64,000 nt of DNA from assembly GCA_965208575.1 (NCBI GenBank), contig CBDBOV010000005.1, positions 576,001-640,000 of the forward strand. The letters are read 5' to 3'. This DNA comes from Spirochaetia bacterium. Its GTDB lineage: Bacteria; Spirochaetota; Spirochaetia; SZUA-6; Bin103. The notes under the pieces were generated by a model that was given only the letters and a program-made list of their open reading frames with translations, did not search any database and was not told the origin of the DNA. Each line of letters begins with the position of its first letter. Position 1 is the stretch's first letter. Made by a program: the position numbers and the translations under genes. Below are positions 32,201 through 42,011 of this stretch, piece by piece.

Positions 32201-33663
32201 AGATACGCCGACGAGCCGCTGCCGGTAACCGTGGCCGCCCCGAACCCGCCGGTCGTGGTCAGCGACAACGTCACGGCGTCGCCGTCGGGGTCGCGGAAGG
32301 CGGCGATATTCCTGAACGTGCCGGGAGACGTAAGCATGTACACCGTCGAGCCGGGGCTCGGAGGTGGCCGCGGGACGACGTGTTGCACCGGACTGTACGG
32401 GGCAATGGGGACCGGGGCGTTGTTGGTCGAGTCGACGCGCGCCGCCCGGTCGGTGAAGCCGGTCGTCTTCGGGTCGGCACCCGGGGCATGGCTCACCGTT
32501 ACGGCCTGGTTGCGGGCTACCGGAGCGGCCAGCGCGAGCGTGACGATGCTCCCGCTCACCGACACCGGATTGGTGGCGGCCAGGCCCATCGCGGCTCGGT
32601 CCACCTTCACCGTGAATTCGCCGGCGGCCGGCGACCAGCCGGCGGGCAGGCTGTCGTAGGTCAGCGTCAACACCTTGTCTCGCGCCACGGCGCTCGACAG
32701 TAGCGGACATGCGAAACTCGTGGTGAGAGGCTGCTTCACCTCAGCAGCCGCACCTTGGGCGTCGGACGCCGTCACGGTGATGACCGTGGTGAGCGGGTTG
32801 CCCGGCGTCGGCCTGAGGTTCGCCAACACGCAGTTCGCCTTCGTCCGGGCATAGACCCGTTCGTCCGACCCGTAATACAAGTCAGTGAGCACGTCGTCGC
32901 GGGTCGCGCTCAGCGACAACGTCAGTGCGTCGCCATCGGGATCGCTGAAGCGGCTGCTCGGCATGGCGAAGCTTACGAGTGTGCCGGGTGGTGCATTCGC
33001 TGACGTTGGCGCCGGGCCGCTGTAAACCGGCACGCTGCTGTTGGTCGTGGTGTTGGTCACCGCCCGGAACGGGATGTGCCACGCCGGGTTGCCGGCCAGG
33101 TCCCGGAGCCGGGAAACCGAATGCGCGAGTGCGCCGCTCAGGTAGCTCATCGTGACGATCTCGCCGCGCAACACCGCGCGAGTCAGGGTCAGCGTCACCG
33201 TCGCGCCGCTTACCGCAACCTGCGAGATCGACCGGCGTGTGCCGTCCGCCGGGGGCCGCGAATGAGGATAGATTCCAACCGGCAATCCCGGGATCGGACG
33301 GCCGAAGCGTGGCCCTGCGCTGCCGGCATCTCTTACCGTCACCTCGTACAAGTCGGCCGGCGGCACCGAGGTCTCGTTCAGCGCCTCGTTATACGTCAAC
33401 GTCAATGTCCTGCCGTTCACCGTCGCGCCGGTCAGGTTTGGCGGTGTCCGGTCCAGCGCCTGCGCGGGCGCGGTGCCGAGCAGCAGGGACATCGACGCCA
33501 CGAGCAGGCAGGCCGCCGTACGGCACAAGCAGGCGACGCGGACCGAGTGGAATCGGGAAGCAGGCGGGGGAGAAGGGGGGACATCGCGCTCCGCCCCGGC
33601 GAGTCTTGGCGCGGCCCATGGCGTCGGACGCGCTCGCGAGAGGGTGCGGATATCACGATTCAC
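29212..33663 (-). CDS. Large autotransporter-like surface protein (SwmB-like repeats, cadherin-like units, Calx-beta, C-terminal beta-barrel)
   Basis: Signal ending APAQA; three units resembling VNG..LTLTY...VSGS.VTLTL; FSDPDGD units; two repeated F.EAV.VTGSP.LKID units; Calx-beta VHYATADGTATAGADYTATSGTLIFAAGETSKTV; amphipathic C-terminus ending in W. Confidence 0.85.
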   Translation of the reverse strand: MNRDIRTLSRARPTPWAAPRLAGAERDVPPSPPPASRFHSVRVACLCRTAACLLVASMSLLLGTAPAQALDRTPPNLTGATVNGRTLTLTYNEALNETSVPPADLYEVTVRDAGSAGPRFGRPIPGLPVGIYPHSRPPADGTRRSISQVAVSGATVTLTLTRAVLRGEIVTMSYLSGALAHSVSRLRDLAGNPAWHIPFRAVTNTTTNSSVPVYSGPAPTSANAPPGTLVSFAMPSSRFSDPDGDALTLSLSATRDDVLTDLYYGSDERVYARTKANCVLANLRPTPGNPLTTVITVTASDAQGAAAEVKQPLTTSFACPLLSSAVARDKVLTLTYDSLPAGWSPAAGEFTVKVDRAAMGLAATNPVSVSGSIVTLALAAPVARNQAVTVSHAPGADPKTTGFTDRAARVDSTNNAPVPIAPYSPVQHVVPRPPPSPGSTVYMLTSPGTFRNIAAFRDPDGDAVTLSLTTTGGFGAATVTGSGSSAYLTTKTVCEMRRITPAPPESFATVVGVTASDPAGATSGLTIVATTRWTPKRCPLLARAAVNGASLTLTYDKELHPRYVPKASSFDVRVDGSTAALAAKDPVAVSGSTVVLTLAAPVAGGSAVTLSFTTSFWSEIRSRRGDEAESFSNLRVSNPPADPASVAGVSVASSAGADRTYGRGDIIHVQVAFDEAVEVTGSPRLKIDMDPAHWGEKWAVYDSGSGTSSLIFAHTVVEPNLSTQGIAVLGNTLELDGGTIRSGGADADLGHDGLAHDANHRVDWRTEPASGADGTNGPGGLSGDGGPPSVTAISVVSEPGANTTYLLGDTILIRATFSEAVTVTGSPGLKIDMDPAHWGEKRAAYESGSGTSSLTFAHTVVEPNYSTRGIAVLANSLALDGGTIRSAGGANAVLGHGGLGHDSGHKVDWRPDISVADARAIEGTGVSVAFEVSLSRAFTGAEHRVTVHYATADGTATAGADYTATSGTLIFAAGETSKTVNVPVLDDSHDESEETFTLTLSNVTGARIGDGEATGTIANADPMPRAWLARFGRTVADQVVAGVQARLEAPRSGGASARIAGRELAGGGGLDADNALTRWLAGTPEQPRTMTGGELLAGSAFAVSSASAAGGPSAALWGRGGWSRFDGSEGSLSVDGEVISALFGAEMASDAWLGGVMLAHARGDGSYRSDADTGTVASALTAVHPYVGVHLSERVTAWAAGGLGLGGLTLTPEGAEALETDLSLALAALGARGRLVEPAAGSGFSLAIESDAYWVRTSAAAASGLAETQADATRIRLGLDGGYRLALAGGGMLAPTVEIGVRNDGGHAETGYGMDVGGGLAWSAPALGLSAQVAARGLLTGAFDGFRDLGLSGSLAWDPDPASDRGPSLTVTQSVGAAATGGSHTLLGQPTLAGLAATDFRLDRRRVDLRAGYGFAAAGDRLTLTPELGIGLSDTAREYTLGWRLDLAQHAPMSFEFGIEATRKESADNDPEHGLGLTMTASW

Positions 33664-33854
33664 ACCTGCATCATAGCCAAGGTTGCTACAATATGTCCAG
33701 ATAATCTCTTGCTTCTATGAAACGTCGCCAAAACATGTATATGACCTTGTTTTCGTGTCTTTGACCGAACGCCAGGAGCGGCGGCGCCGAGCGTGGCGCA
33801 TGGGCGGCTCCGGGTACTGGGTCCCGGCGCCGCTCTCTGCTATGGTGGCGCGCC

Positions 33855-36068
33855 ATGGCCGACAATTCCGCAGCGGCTTCGTCCGCGAACCGTGCCGAGG
33901 CGCTCATTGCCCGCCGCCGCGCCGCCGGCGGCACGCCCAACCGCCTGATCGGCGAGGGCAGCCCCTACCTGCTGCAGCATGCCTACAACCCGGTGGACTG
34001 GTATCCGTGGGGCGACGAGGCGTTCGCCGCGGCGGCCGCCGCCGACAAGCCGCTGTTCGTGTCGATCGGCTACTCCACCTGCCACTGGTGCCATGTGATG
34101 GAGCACGAGTCGTTCGAGGACGAGGCCACCGCGGCGGTGCTGAACGAGCACTTCATCAACGTCAAGATCGACCGCGAGGAGCGGCCCGACGTGGACCGCA
34201 TCTACATGAGCGTGGTGCAGGCGGTCACCGGCTCCGGCGGCTGGCCGATGTCGGTGTTCCTGACCCCGGGGCGGCAGCCGTTCTACGCCGGCACCTACTT
34301 CCCGCCGCGCTCGGTGTACGGGCGGCCGGCGTTCCGGGAGGTGCTGCTGTTCCTGGCCGGGCGCTGGCGCGAGCGGCGCGCCGAGGTGGAGGCCACGGCG
34401 GCGCGCGTCACCACCGCCGTGACCCAAGCGGCAGGCGGAGCCGCCGCCATGGCGGGACCGGCGGCGGAGTCGGAGCCGGACGAGCTGCTGGCGGCCGTCG
34501 CGGACGGGCTGGCGGAGTCGTTCGACGCCCGCTACGGCGGCTTCGGTTCCGCGCCGAAGTTTCCCCGCCCGGCCGTGTTCACGGCGCTGCTGCACCACTA
34601 TCGGCGCTCCGGCAGCGAACAGGCCCTGGAGATGGCAAGGGTCACGCTGCACGCGATGGCGCGCGGCGGCATGTACGACCACCTCGGCGGCGGCTTTCAC
34701 CGCTACAGCGTGGACCGCTACTGGCGGGTGCCGCACTTCGAGAAGATGCTGTACGACCAGGCGCAGCTCGTCACCGCGTATGCCGCCGCCCACCAGGTCA
34801 CCGGCGACCCCGCCTGCGCCGCCGTCGCGGGCGCCACCCTCGATTACCTGCTGTACGACCTGCAGGCGCCGGAGGGCGGCTTCTACTCGGCCGAGGACGC
34901 CGACTCCGCCTCCGACCCGGAGCAGCCGGAGGACAAGGTGGAAGGCGCGTTCTACTTGTGGCGCATCGACGAGGTGCGCGCGGCGTTCGCGGCCGCCGGC
35001 GGCGCCGCGGCAGCGGAGGCCGACGAGATGATCGCGGCCTACGGCCTGACCGCCGGCGGCAACACGATCTCCGACCCGCAGGGCGAGTTCGGCAGCGGCA
35101 ACGTCCTGTACCGCGCGCGTGGCGAGGGTCCGCTGCCGGGACACTGGCGGGAGGCGCTGCTGGCGGCGCGCGACCGGCGCGCGCGGCCGCTGCTGGACGA
35201 CAAGGTGATCGCGGCGTGGAACGGGCTGGCGATCGAGGCGCTGGCCGTGGCCGGCCGCGTGCTCGGGCGGGAGGAGTTCGTTGCCGCCGCGGCCGCGGCG
35301 GCAGGCTTCGCGCGCCGCGAGCTGATGCGGGATGGGCGGCTGCTACGCTGCTACCGGGCGGGCGAGGCGCGGCACACCGCCGGGCTGGCAGACTACGCGT
35401 TCCTGGTCGGCGGCCTGATCGAGCTGTACCAAAGCGGCGGCGAGCTGTGGACGCTGGAGTGGGCCGGCGAACTTGCCGACGCGATCCTGGAGCAGTTCGC
35501 GGCGCCGAACGGCGCGCTGTACGACACCCCGGGCGGCCAGCGCGACCTGATCATGCGCACCAGCGAACTGTACGACTCCGCGGAACCGTCGGGAACCGCC
35601 GCCGCGATCCTGGGCCTGCTGCGCCTCGGCCGCCTGCTCGGCAACCGCGACTGGGACGACGCCGCCCGGCGCGCCCTGGCGGCCGTTTCAGGGGCAGCGG
35701 CCGCCCAGCCCACTGCAACGCCGCTGCTGGCGGTGGCCGCCGATCTGGCCGGCCATCCGCCGGTGGAGGTGGTGCTCGCCGGCGAGTGGGCGCAGACCGC
35801 GCCGCTGCGCGGCCAACTGGCGCGCCACTACCTGCCGGACGCGGCGGTGGTGCACCTGCTGCCGGAGGCGGCGGCCTGGTGGCAGGCACGTCACCCCGCC
35901 GTGGCCGCCATGGCCGCGGCCGGTTCCGGCCCCCGCGCCTACGTGTGCCGCGATTTCACCTGCGACCTGCCGGTGAGCACGGCGCCCGAACTCGCCCGCC
36001 AACTCGAAGCCATCGCCCCGGCAGCCGGACGCGGCCCTGAGCCGTTACGGAAGGCGGCAGAGACTTGA
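33855..36068 (+). CDS. Thioredoxin-domain protein, YyaL/SSP411 family
   Basis: [57 protein letters not shown]. Confidence 0.93.
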   Translation: MADNSAAASSANRAEALIARRRAAGGTPNRLIGEGSPYLLQHAYNPVDWYPWGDEAFAAAAAADKPLFVSIGYSTCHWCHVMEHESFEDEATAAVLNEHFINVKIDREERPDVDRIYMSVVQAVTGSGGWPMSVFLTPGRQPFYAGTYFPPRSVYGRPAFREVLLFLAGRWRERRAEVEATAARVTTAVTQAAGGAAAMAGPAAESEPDELLAAVADGLAESFDARYGGFGSAPKFPRPAVFTALLHHYRRSGSEQALEMARVTLHAMARGGMYDHLGGGFHRYSVDRYWRVPHFEKMLYDQAQLVTAYAAAHQVTGDPACAAVAGATLDYLLYDLQAPEGGFYSAEDADSASDPEQPEDKVEGAFYLWRIDEVRAAFAAAGGAAAAEADEMIAAYGLTAGGNTISDPQGEFGSGNVLYRARGEGPLPGHWREALLAARDRRARPLLDDKVIAAWNGLAIEALAVAGRVLGREEFVAAAAAAAGFARRELMRDGRLLRCYRAGEARHTAGLADYAFLVGGLIELYQSGGELWTLEWAGELADAILEQFAAPNGALYDTPGGQRDLIMRTSELYDSAEPSGTAAAILGLLRLGRLLGNRDWDDAARRALAAVSGAAAAQPTATPLLAVAADLAGHPPVEVVLAGEWAQTAPLRGQLARHYLPDAAVVHLLPEAAAWWQARHPAVAAMAAAGSGPRAYVCRDFTCDLPVSTAPELARQLEAIAPAAGRGPEPLRKAAET

Positions 36069-36116
36069 CACCGAACACGATTGTATTACGTTGACGGTGC
36101 ACTGGAGGACCGAGCC

Positions 36117-36374
36117 ATGGGAGAGATACAGGATCCCCTCAGGGTAGAGAAGGGCTATCTGAAAACCAACCAAGCAGAACTGGCCGCCAAGTACCCCGGT
36201 AAGTACTTGGTGATTCAGGGCGAGAGCGTGGTTGGCGCCTTCGACTCATACGAGGAAGGAGTCAAAGCTGGAGCGACGGCACTAGGCGTAGGTCCTTTCC
36301 TGGTGAGGTCTGTCCATCGGCCCGACGAAGACGAGACGCTGACGGTCCCTGCGCTCGCTATGGGGATACTTTGA
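36117..36374 (+). CDS. Small DUF5678-like protein
   Basis: ELAAKYPGKYLVIQGESVVGAFDSYEE pattern; GGAGG RBS; TTGACA at 36065; lower GC. Confidence 0.65.
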   Translation: MGEIQDPLRVEKGYLKTNQAELAAKYPGKYLVIQGESVVGAFDSYEEGVKAGATALGVGPFLVRSVHRPDEDETLTVPALAMGIL

Positions 36375-36375
36375 G

Positions 36376-36801
36376 TTGCCTGTCTTCAACGCCAGATTCG
36401 GCGATCCGTCAAGCGACGGTCTAGCCGAGCGGGGACCGGTGGTGCCAGTTTCCTTGTTTCCGCCGGTTCCTCCCAAGGGTTCCCAGCCAACCCCGGTTTC
36501 AGGCCTAGCCTTGATCGACACTGGAGCACGGGTAACGTGCATCGATCGAGAGGCCGCCGCCCAGGCGCAACTTCCGACCGTCGGTAGCGGCAAGATGACT
36601 TCTGCTACTCATGCGGAGGAGATTGTGCCGATCTTCGCGGGAAACATACAGATAGCTGGGCTCGGCAACATCGCCGCCAGCCGTGCTTACGGCGCCAACC
36701 TGGGGCCACAGGGGATAATCGCTCTGATCGGACGAGACGTATTGAAGCAGATGATCCTATTTTACAACGGTACTGACGGGACATTCACTCTGTCAGCGTA
36801 G
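36376..36801 (+). CDS. Clan AA (retropepsin-like) aspartyl protease
   Basis: ALIDTGARVTCID catalytic motif and ALIGRDVL motif. Confidence 0.85.
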   Translation: MPVFNARFGDPSSDGLAERGPVVPVSLFPPVPPKGSQPTPVSGLALIDTGARVTCIDREAAAQAQLPTVGSGKMTSATHAEEIVPIFAGNIQIAGLGNIAASRAYGANLGPQGIIALIGRDVLKQMILFYNGTDGTFTLSA

Positions 36802-36853
36802 TAGATAGCTGCGCGACGAGACCACGCCGAGATCGTACGTTGGCACGGCTGCT

Positions 36854-37594
36854 TCAGCCGGGGTGGCGCATGCGAGCGGGGCGGCGGCGGCGGGCGGCGG
36901 TGCCGGAGATGCGGCGGCTCACGCGTCTGCTCGCCAGCAGGAAGCCGATCAGCGCCAGCCATGCCAGGAACAGCGGCCCGCTGAAGCGGTGCACGACGGT
37001 TGCGGCATCCACCCAGATCACCTGCATGGCGGCGCCGACCAGTGCGGTTGCGGGCGCCAGCCGGCGCAGCGTGCCGCGCAGGCGCCACTGCCGAACGGCG
37101 TTCGCGAGCAGGGCCAGCCCGGCCAGCGTGAACCCCAGCTTGCCGCTGATTCCGCGCAGTTCGGCCACTATCGCCTCCGCGCCTCCCTGCGCAGCCACCT
37201 CCGCCGCCGCCGCCGGCGCCGGCGCGACCCGCGCCAGGGCCACGGCGGACGCGCCGGAGACCGCCGTAAACAGACCGGAAACGGCCAGGAACACGGGTAC
37301 CAGCAGCGTGCCCAGGCGCCGGCGCATGAAGCGCGTGTGCCACAGGTACCAGGCGCCGGCACCGAGCGTGATCCCGGACGCCAGCCGGGCCGCGCCGCCG
37401 GTGCCGTAGAGTCCGCGGCGCCGCGCAATGGCCGCCAGCGACTCGGCCAGCGTCGGCAGGTCGGCGCCCGCCGCCACCCGCGCGACCACGGCCACGGCGG
37501 TGGCGGCCGCGGTCGCCAGCAGCAGCCAGCCGGCGCGCTGGGCGGCCGTGTCGTACGCCGATTCGATGGCGTGCCGCCGGGCGAAGTTCAGCAC
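36854..37594 (-). CDS. Hypothetical multi-pass membrane protein
   Basis: About six hydrophobic segments in the 3' part of ORF 36854-38158; start uncertain. Confidence 0.6.
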   Translation of the reverse strand: MLNFARRHAIESAYDTAAQRAGWLLLATAAATAVAVVARVAAGADLPTLAESLAAIARRRGLYGTGGAARLASGITLGAGAWYLWHTRFMRRRLGTLLVPVFLAVSGLFTAVSGASAVALARVAPAPAAAAEVAAQGGAEAIVAELRGISGKLGFTLAGLALLANAVRQWRLRGTLRRLAPATALVGAAMQVIWVDAATVVHRFSGPLFLAWLALIGFLLASRRVSRRISGTAARRRRPARMRHPG

Positions 37595-37731
37595 GGCGTC
37601 GTACCGGCGCGGCGCGGCGCCGGGCTGGCAAGGCGCGACGAGCGAGCACGTCGGATGTCGGTGAGCGAGGAGCAACGCGGCGAGCCGGTGGACATCGCCG
37701 CTCGAATGCAGCCGAGTCTCGCCACGGGTGG

Positions 37732-38382
37732 CTACAGCAGGTGGTTGAAGCGGGTGCGCTTGGTGGCCAGGTAGCGCTCGTTGTACCGGTTGGCAGTCAC
37801 CACTACCGGCACCCGCCCGGTGACCGTGATGCCCTCCCGCTCCAGCCCGGCGATCTTGGCCGGGTTGTTGGTGAGGAGGCGCACGGAGGCGATGCCGAGC
37901 AGCTCGATGATGCGCGCCGCGGTGCGGTAGTCGCGGGCGTCGGCGGGAAAGCCGAGGCGTTCGTTGGCGTCCACGCTGTCGAGTCCCTGGTCCTGCAGCT
38001 CGTAGGCGCGGATCTTGTTCAGCAGGCCGATGCCGCGCCCCTCCTGACGCAGGTAGATCACCGCCCCGCAATCGAGCGCGGCGATGTAGCGCAGCGACTC
38101 CTCGAGCTGCTCGCGGCAGTCGCAGCGCAGCGAGCCGAAGATGTCGCCGGTGTGGCACTCGGAGTGCACGCGCACCGGGCAGTCGACCGCGCCGCGCACC
38201 TGCCCGCGCACCACCGCGGTCAACTCGCTGCCGCCCTCCCGGTCTTCGAAACCGATCAGCGTGAATTCCCCGAACAGGGTAGGAAACGCGGCCTGCGCAA
38301 CCCGCCGCACCTGGCCCGCGCAGCGGCCTGCAGTTCCCGATTCCGCCTTGGGACGCCGCGCCAACGGCCCGAATTCGCTCAC
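37732..38382 (-). CDS. ribA: GTP cyclohydrolase II
   Basis: VRVHSECHTGDIFGSLRCDCREQL, RQEGRGIGL, LLTNNPAK. Confidence 0.95.
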   Translation of the reverse strand: MSEFGPLARRPKAESGTAGRCAGQVRRVAQAAFPTLFGEFTLIGFEDREGGSELTAVVRGQVRGAVDCPVRVHSECHTGDIFGSLRCDCREQLEESLRYIAALDCGAVIYLRQEGRGIGLLNKIRAYELQDQGLDSVDANERLGFPADARDYRTAARIIELLGIASVRLLTNNPAKIAGLEREGITVTGRVPVVVTANRYNERYLATKRTRFNHLL

Positions 38383-38437
38383 TATGTCTCGACTCCCATG
38401 TGTCGATGCAAAGATACGGTGCCGCGGCGGTGAGAAG

Positions 38438-40603
38438 CTACGCTGCCCCGGGGTCAGTGGCCGGCTCCGCCGCCGGCTCCCGGCCGCGCCGCGTACCGAA
38501 CAGGCGGTAGCGCAGCAGGCGCCAGTAGGCGGCGCGCAGGAAGCGCAGGTCGCGGTCACTGGCCGGCTGCCCGCCGTACACCGCGCGCGCCACCAGCGAG
38601 GTGAACCGCTCCACCAGCCGGCGCGCCGCCGGTGCGCGCTTCGCGCTGCGTGAACGGTATTCCTCGCGCCACGCCATCCAACCCGTGTGGCGCGGGTCCG
38701 GCACGCCCAGGGTGCGGCCCAGGGTCACGTAGCGCTGCGACAGGCGCATCAGCGGGCGCAACTCGCGCGCCACGCGCGGTCCGCGCAGCCGGCGCGCCAG
38801 TCGCCAGGCGATGAGGGCCGCCAGCAGCACGCCGCCGCCGGTCACCGCGATGCGTGCCGGCGACCAGATCGACGGCTGCGCCGCCAGCGCCTCGCCGTCC
38901 AGGAGATCGATGTCCAACTCCCGGTCGCCGAGGATCGACTGCACCTGGCGCAGGGTGAACGAATCCATCTCCATGTCGAACCCGTACAGCGACAGCAGTT
39001 CCTCTTCGTCGAAGAAGTTGGCGTACTGGCTCGGGTTCACCGCCGGCGTCGCCTCCCAGCGCGTCCAGCCGGTGCCGTCTATCCACACCTCGGGCCAGCT
39101 ATGGGCGGACAGCCCGGTCACCTCGGTCTCGTTCGCGCTGCCGGGAAAGTTGATCAGAAAGCCCTCGTTGTAGCGCGCAGGAAACCCGTTCATGCGCGCG
39201 ATCGTGGCGAACGCGGTGGCGAAGTGCACGCAGTAGCCCTTCTTTTCCTCGAACAGGAACTTGTCGATGAAACTTTCCGAGCGGCGCAGGTTGTCCACGT
39301 TCAACGAGTAGGTGCAGGTGTCGGAGAGATAGTCGTTGATCGCGTTGAGGCGCTCGTGCGGCGTTGCATCCGGCTGTTCGAATGCCGCCGCCACGCCGCG
39401 CAGGTCACCGCTCATGCCGCGCGGAAGCTGCAGGTAGCGGCGCCGCTCCTCCTCCGTGAGGCGGATCGGCTGCATGGCGGAGCGCTCCACGAAGATCACG
39501 TCTCCCGCCACCAGCGGGTCGACGAGCTGGAAGCCGCGGTGGAAGTGGCCGCTCTCCAGCACCGGCACCTCGCGCCCGAAGCGGAACGCCGACGTGTCGA
39601 GGGTGTAGGGCAGCTTGTTGTAGAACTCGATCAGCAGCTCCACCCGAACGGCGTTGTCGCGCCGCCGCGGCCGCCCGCGCAGCATGATCGATCCCGGTTC
39701 GCCGATGCTGTCCTCGGCACGGAAGGTGGTCTTCCAGTTCTTGCCGTCATAGTGGTCGAACACGTCGGTCTTCAGGTACAGCGGGCCGTCGCCGTCGGCG
39801 GTGATACGGAAGATCGGCAGCGGCGACAGCACCGGCGAGCCGCCGAGGGAGCGTTCCTGAAACGAGTAGCCGTAGCCCGGTATGCCGTACAGCAGCGGAA
39901 ACTGCGGCAGGGTGTTGGACACGTACTGGCGCAGTTGCGGATGCAGGGTGACGTCGATGAGCGGGCTGCCTCTGGCTTCGCGGCTGCCGGCCAGCATGGT
40001 GGCAGCGAGCAGCACCGCCGCGAACAGGCCGCCGCCGTACACGATGCGCCGTACCAGGTAGCGGTCCGCGCCGCCGCGCAGCAGCAGGTAGAACACGCAC
40101 GCCATCGCCGCCAGCAGGGACACGACGTACAGCGGTCCGGTCTGCAGGATCACTGCCACGATCGCCGACACGAAGGCGGCCGAGATCAGCAGCGGCCAGA
40201 CGTAGCCGAGGCTGATGAAGGTGCCCGCCAGCGTGGTGGCGAAGAACGTCGACATCAGGGTGAACAGGTTTGACACGGTGCCGGTGCCGGTGCCGTCGGT
40301 CATCGCTTCGAACCACAGCTTGTAGGCCGAGAACGGGGTGATCACGATGCCGATCAGCAGCGCGACGCCGAACGCCGCCGTCACCACCAGCGAGAGCGTG
40401 CTCAGCGCCCAGCGCAACGGGCCGGCCGCCAGCGCGCGGCCGGCGTGCAGCAGCGCCAGCGGCACGATCACCGCCAGCAGCAGGGAGAGCGCCAGCGACG
40501 ACTTGGTGTACGACCAGAACAGCAGCGGAATCCCGACCCCGTACACCAGCGCCAGCAGCGCCTTGAGGTGCGCGTCGTAGCGCAGCAGGTCAGCCCGCTT
40601 CAT
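38438..40603 (-). CDS. Transglutaminase-like domain membrane protein (TgpA-like)
   Basis: N-terminal TM helices; GYCVHFATA, AHSWPEVW, WEATP. Confidence 0.88.
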   Translation of the reverse strand: MKRADLLRYDAHLKALLALVYGVGIPLLFWSYTKSSLALSLLLAVIVPLALLHAGRALAAGPLRWALSTLSLVVTAAFGVALLIGIVITPFSAYKLWFEAMTDGTGTGTVSNLFTLMSTFFATTLAGTFISLGYVWPLLISAAFVSAIVAVILQTGPLYVVSLLAAMACVFYLLLRGGADRYLVRRIVYGGGLFAAVLLAATMLAGSREARGSPLIDVTLHPQLRQYVSNTLPQFPLLYGIPGYGYSFQERSLGGSPVLSPLPIFRITADGDGPLYLKTDVFDHYDGKNWKTTFRAEDSIGEPGSIMLRGRPRRRDNAVRVELLIEFYNKLPYTLDTSAFRFGREVPVLESGHFHRGFQLVDPLVAGDVIFVERSAMQPIRLTEEERRRYLQLPRGMSGDLRGVAAAFEQPDATPHERLNAINDYLSDTCTYSLNVDNLRRSESFIDKFLFEEKKGYCVHFATAFATIARMNGFPARYNEGFLINFPGSANETEVTGLSAHSWPEVWIDGTGWTRWEATPAVNPSQYANFFDEEELLSLYGFDMEMDSFTLRQVQSILGDRELDIDLLDGEALAAQPSIWSPARIAVTGGGVLLAALIAWRLARRLRGPRVARELRPLMRLSQRYVTLGRTLGVPDPRHTGWMAWREEYRSRSAKRAPAARRLVERFTSLVARAVYGGQPASDRDLRFLRAAYWRLLRYRLFGTRRGREPAAEPATDPGAA

Positions 40604-42011
40604 CGTGTGCCTCCAGGTCGGCGGGGATGGTGGTGGAGCCGCGCAGGGCTACCACGCGCGTGCCCTGCTCGCGCAGGCGGTTGAAGTAGCCGGCGTGGCG
40701 CTCGGCCGGTTCGGCGGTCTGGTTGTGGATCAGGGTCACCTGGAAGTTGCTCGAGCGCTGTTCGTCGAGCAGGATCAGCAGTTCGGGGTCGAGCAGGTGG
40801 GTGATGAAGAACATCGAGTTGACCTCGGTGTTCATGCCGGTCTCCAGGTGGCTCTCGTACAGGCGGGCGGCGGAGATGTCGCTCACGAACAGCAGCTCGA
40901 AGGTGGACTCGTAGAAGCGCCCGAAGTCGGATGCGTGGTCGCCGATGAACTCGTACGAGGTGCGGCTGGCGGCGCGCACGGTGACCGGCAGGTTGCGCTT
41001 CAGGAAGTGGTTGACCAGCGCCACCAGCGCTTCGACGGTGACGTCCTCGGTGAGCAGCACGTCCTCGGCGCCGCTCGGTACCGGGCGCAGGTCGACGTAG
41101 ATGCTCACCGCCGGCTCGCTGGTGGAGTCATACTCCTTGACCACCGGGATGCCGGTGCTGGCGAATTTCTTCCAGGCCAGGTGGCGCACCGATTCGCCCG
41201 GCCGGTACTCGCGCAGTTGGTTGAACAGCGAGTAGTCGGGCAGGTTGCCGAGCGAGCCCACCTCGGAGGTGCCCAGGCGCCGCTCGGTGCCGGGCTGAAA
41301 CTCGCTGATCGGCAGGATGCGCGGATAGACCCGGAATTCGCGCACCCGCACGCGCGGGCGCACGCTGAACAACTGCAGGGTGTCGCTGAGCTCGATCCGC
41401 TCCAGTCCCACCGTGTAGATTCCGCGGTAGGGAAGCTGCACCGTCTGCTCCCGTTCCACGAACTGGTGGCCGGGCAGGTAGGTGGTGATGCCGTCGCCGC
41501 CATCGCGCTCGCCGCCCGTGGACCCGTCCGCCCCGCGCACGCGGCCGGCGTCGGCCGGGCCGGACCCCGCCTGCGCGCCGCCGCCTGCCGGCAGGATGGC
41601 GCGGAACCGGGCGCGCACGCGCGGCAGCGGCAGCGCGGAGCCGTTCTCGATGATGCAGCGGTACTGCAGTTCCTGGCCCTTGACCGGCTGCTCGTTGCTG
41701 AAGTGCTGGTTGTAGCGCAGGCCGGCGGCGGCGATCAGCAGGAGCACCAGCGACACTACCGGCAGCACCATGAACACGGTCGCGAACACGGCGAAGAACT
41801 CCCCCAGGTAGGCGGCGGCCAGGTAGCTGAGCACCGCCGCGAACAGGTACACGCCGCAGGCGCGCAGCCGCAGCGTGAACGGGAACGCGGCTGCGAAGCG
41901 CGTCCCCCACCGTGCGACCTCGCCGGCCGCGCGGGCGACCACGCCGGCGACCACGCCGGCCACTTCGGCCACGGCGGCGACGCCGGCCATGCCGGCCCGG
42001 GAGGCGATCAT
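40590..42011 (-). CDS. DUF58 domain protein
   Basis: RGIY, VYP, LREYRPGESVRHLAWK motif; between moxR and the transglutaminase gene. Confidence 0.88.
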   Translation of the reverse strand: MIASRAGMAGVAAVAEVAGVVAGVVARAAGEVARWGTRFAAAFPFTLRLRACGVYLFAAVLSYLAAAYLGEFFAVFATVFMVLPVVSLVLLLIAAAGLRYNQHFSNEQPVKGQELQYRCIIENGSALPLPRVRARFRAILPAGGGAQAGSGPADAGRVRGADGSTGGERDGGDGITTYLPGHQFVEREQTVQLPYRGIYTVGLERIELSDTLQLFSVRPRVRVREFRVYPRILPISEFQPGTERRLGTSEVGSLGNLPDYSLFNQLREYRPGESVRHLAWKKFASTGIPVVKEYDSTSEPAVSIYVDLRPVPSGAEDVLLTEDVTVEALVALVNHFLKRNLPVTVRAASRTSYEFIGDHASDFGRFYESTFELLFVSDISAARLYESHLETGMNTEVNSMFFITHLLDPELLILLDEQRSSNFQVTLIHNQTAEPAERHAGYFNRLREQGTRVVALRGSTTIPADLEAHDEAG

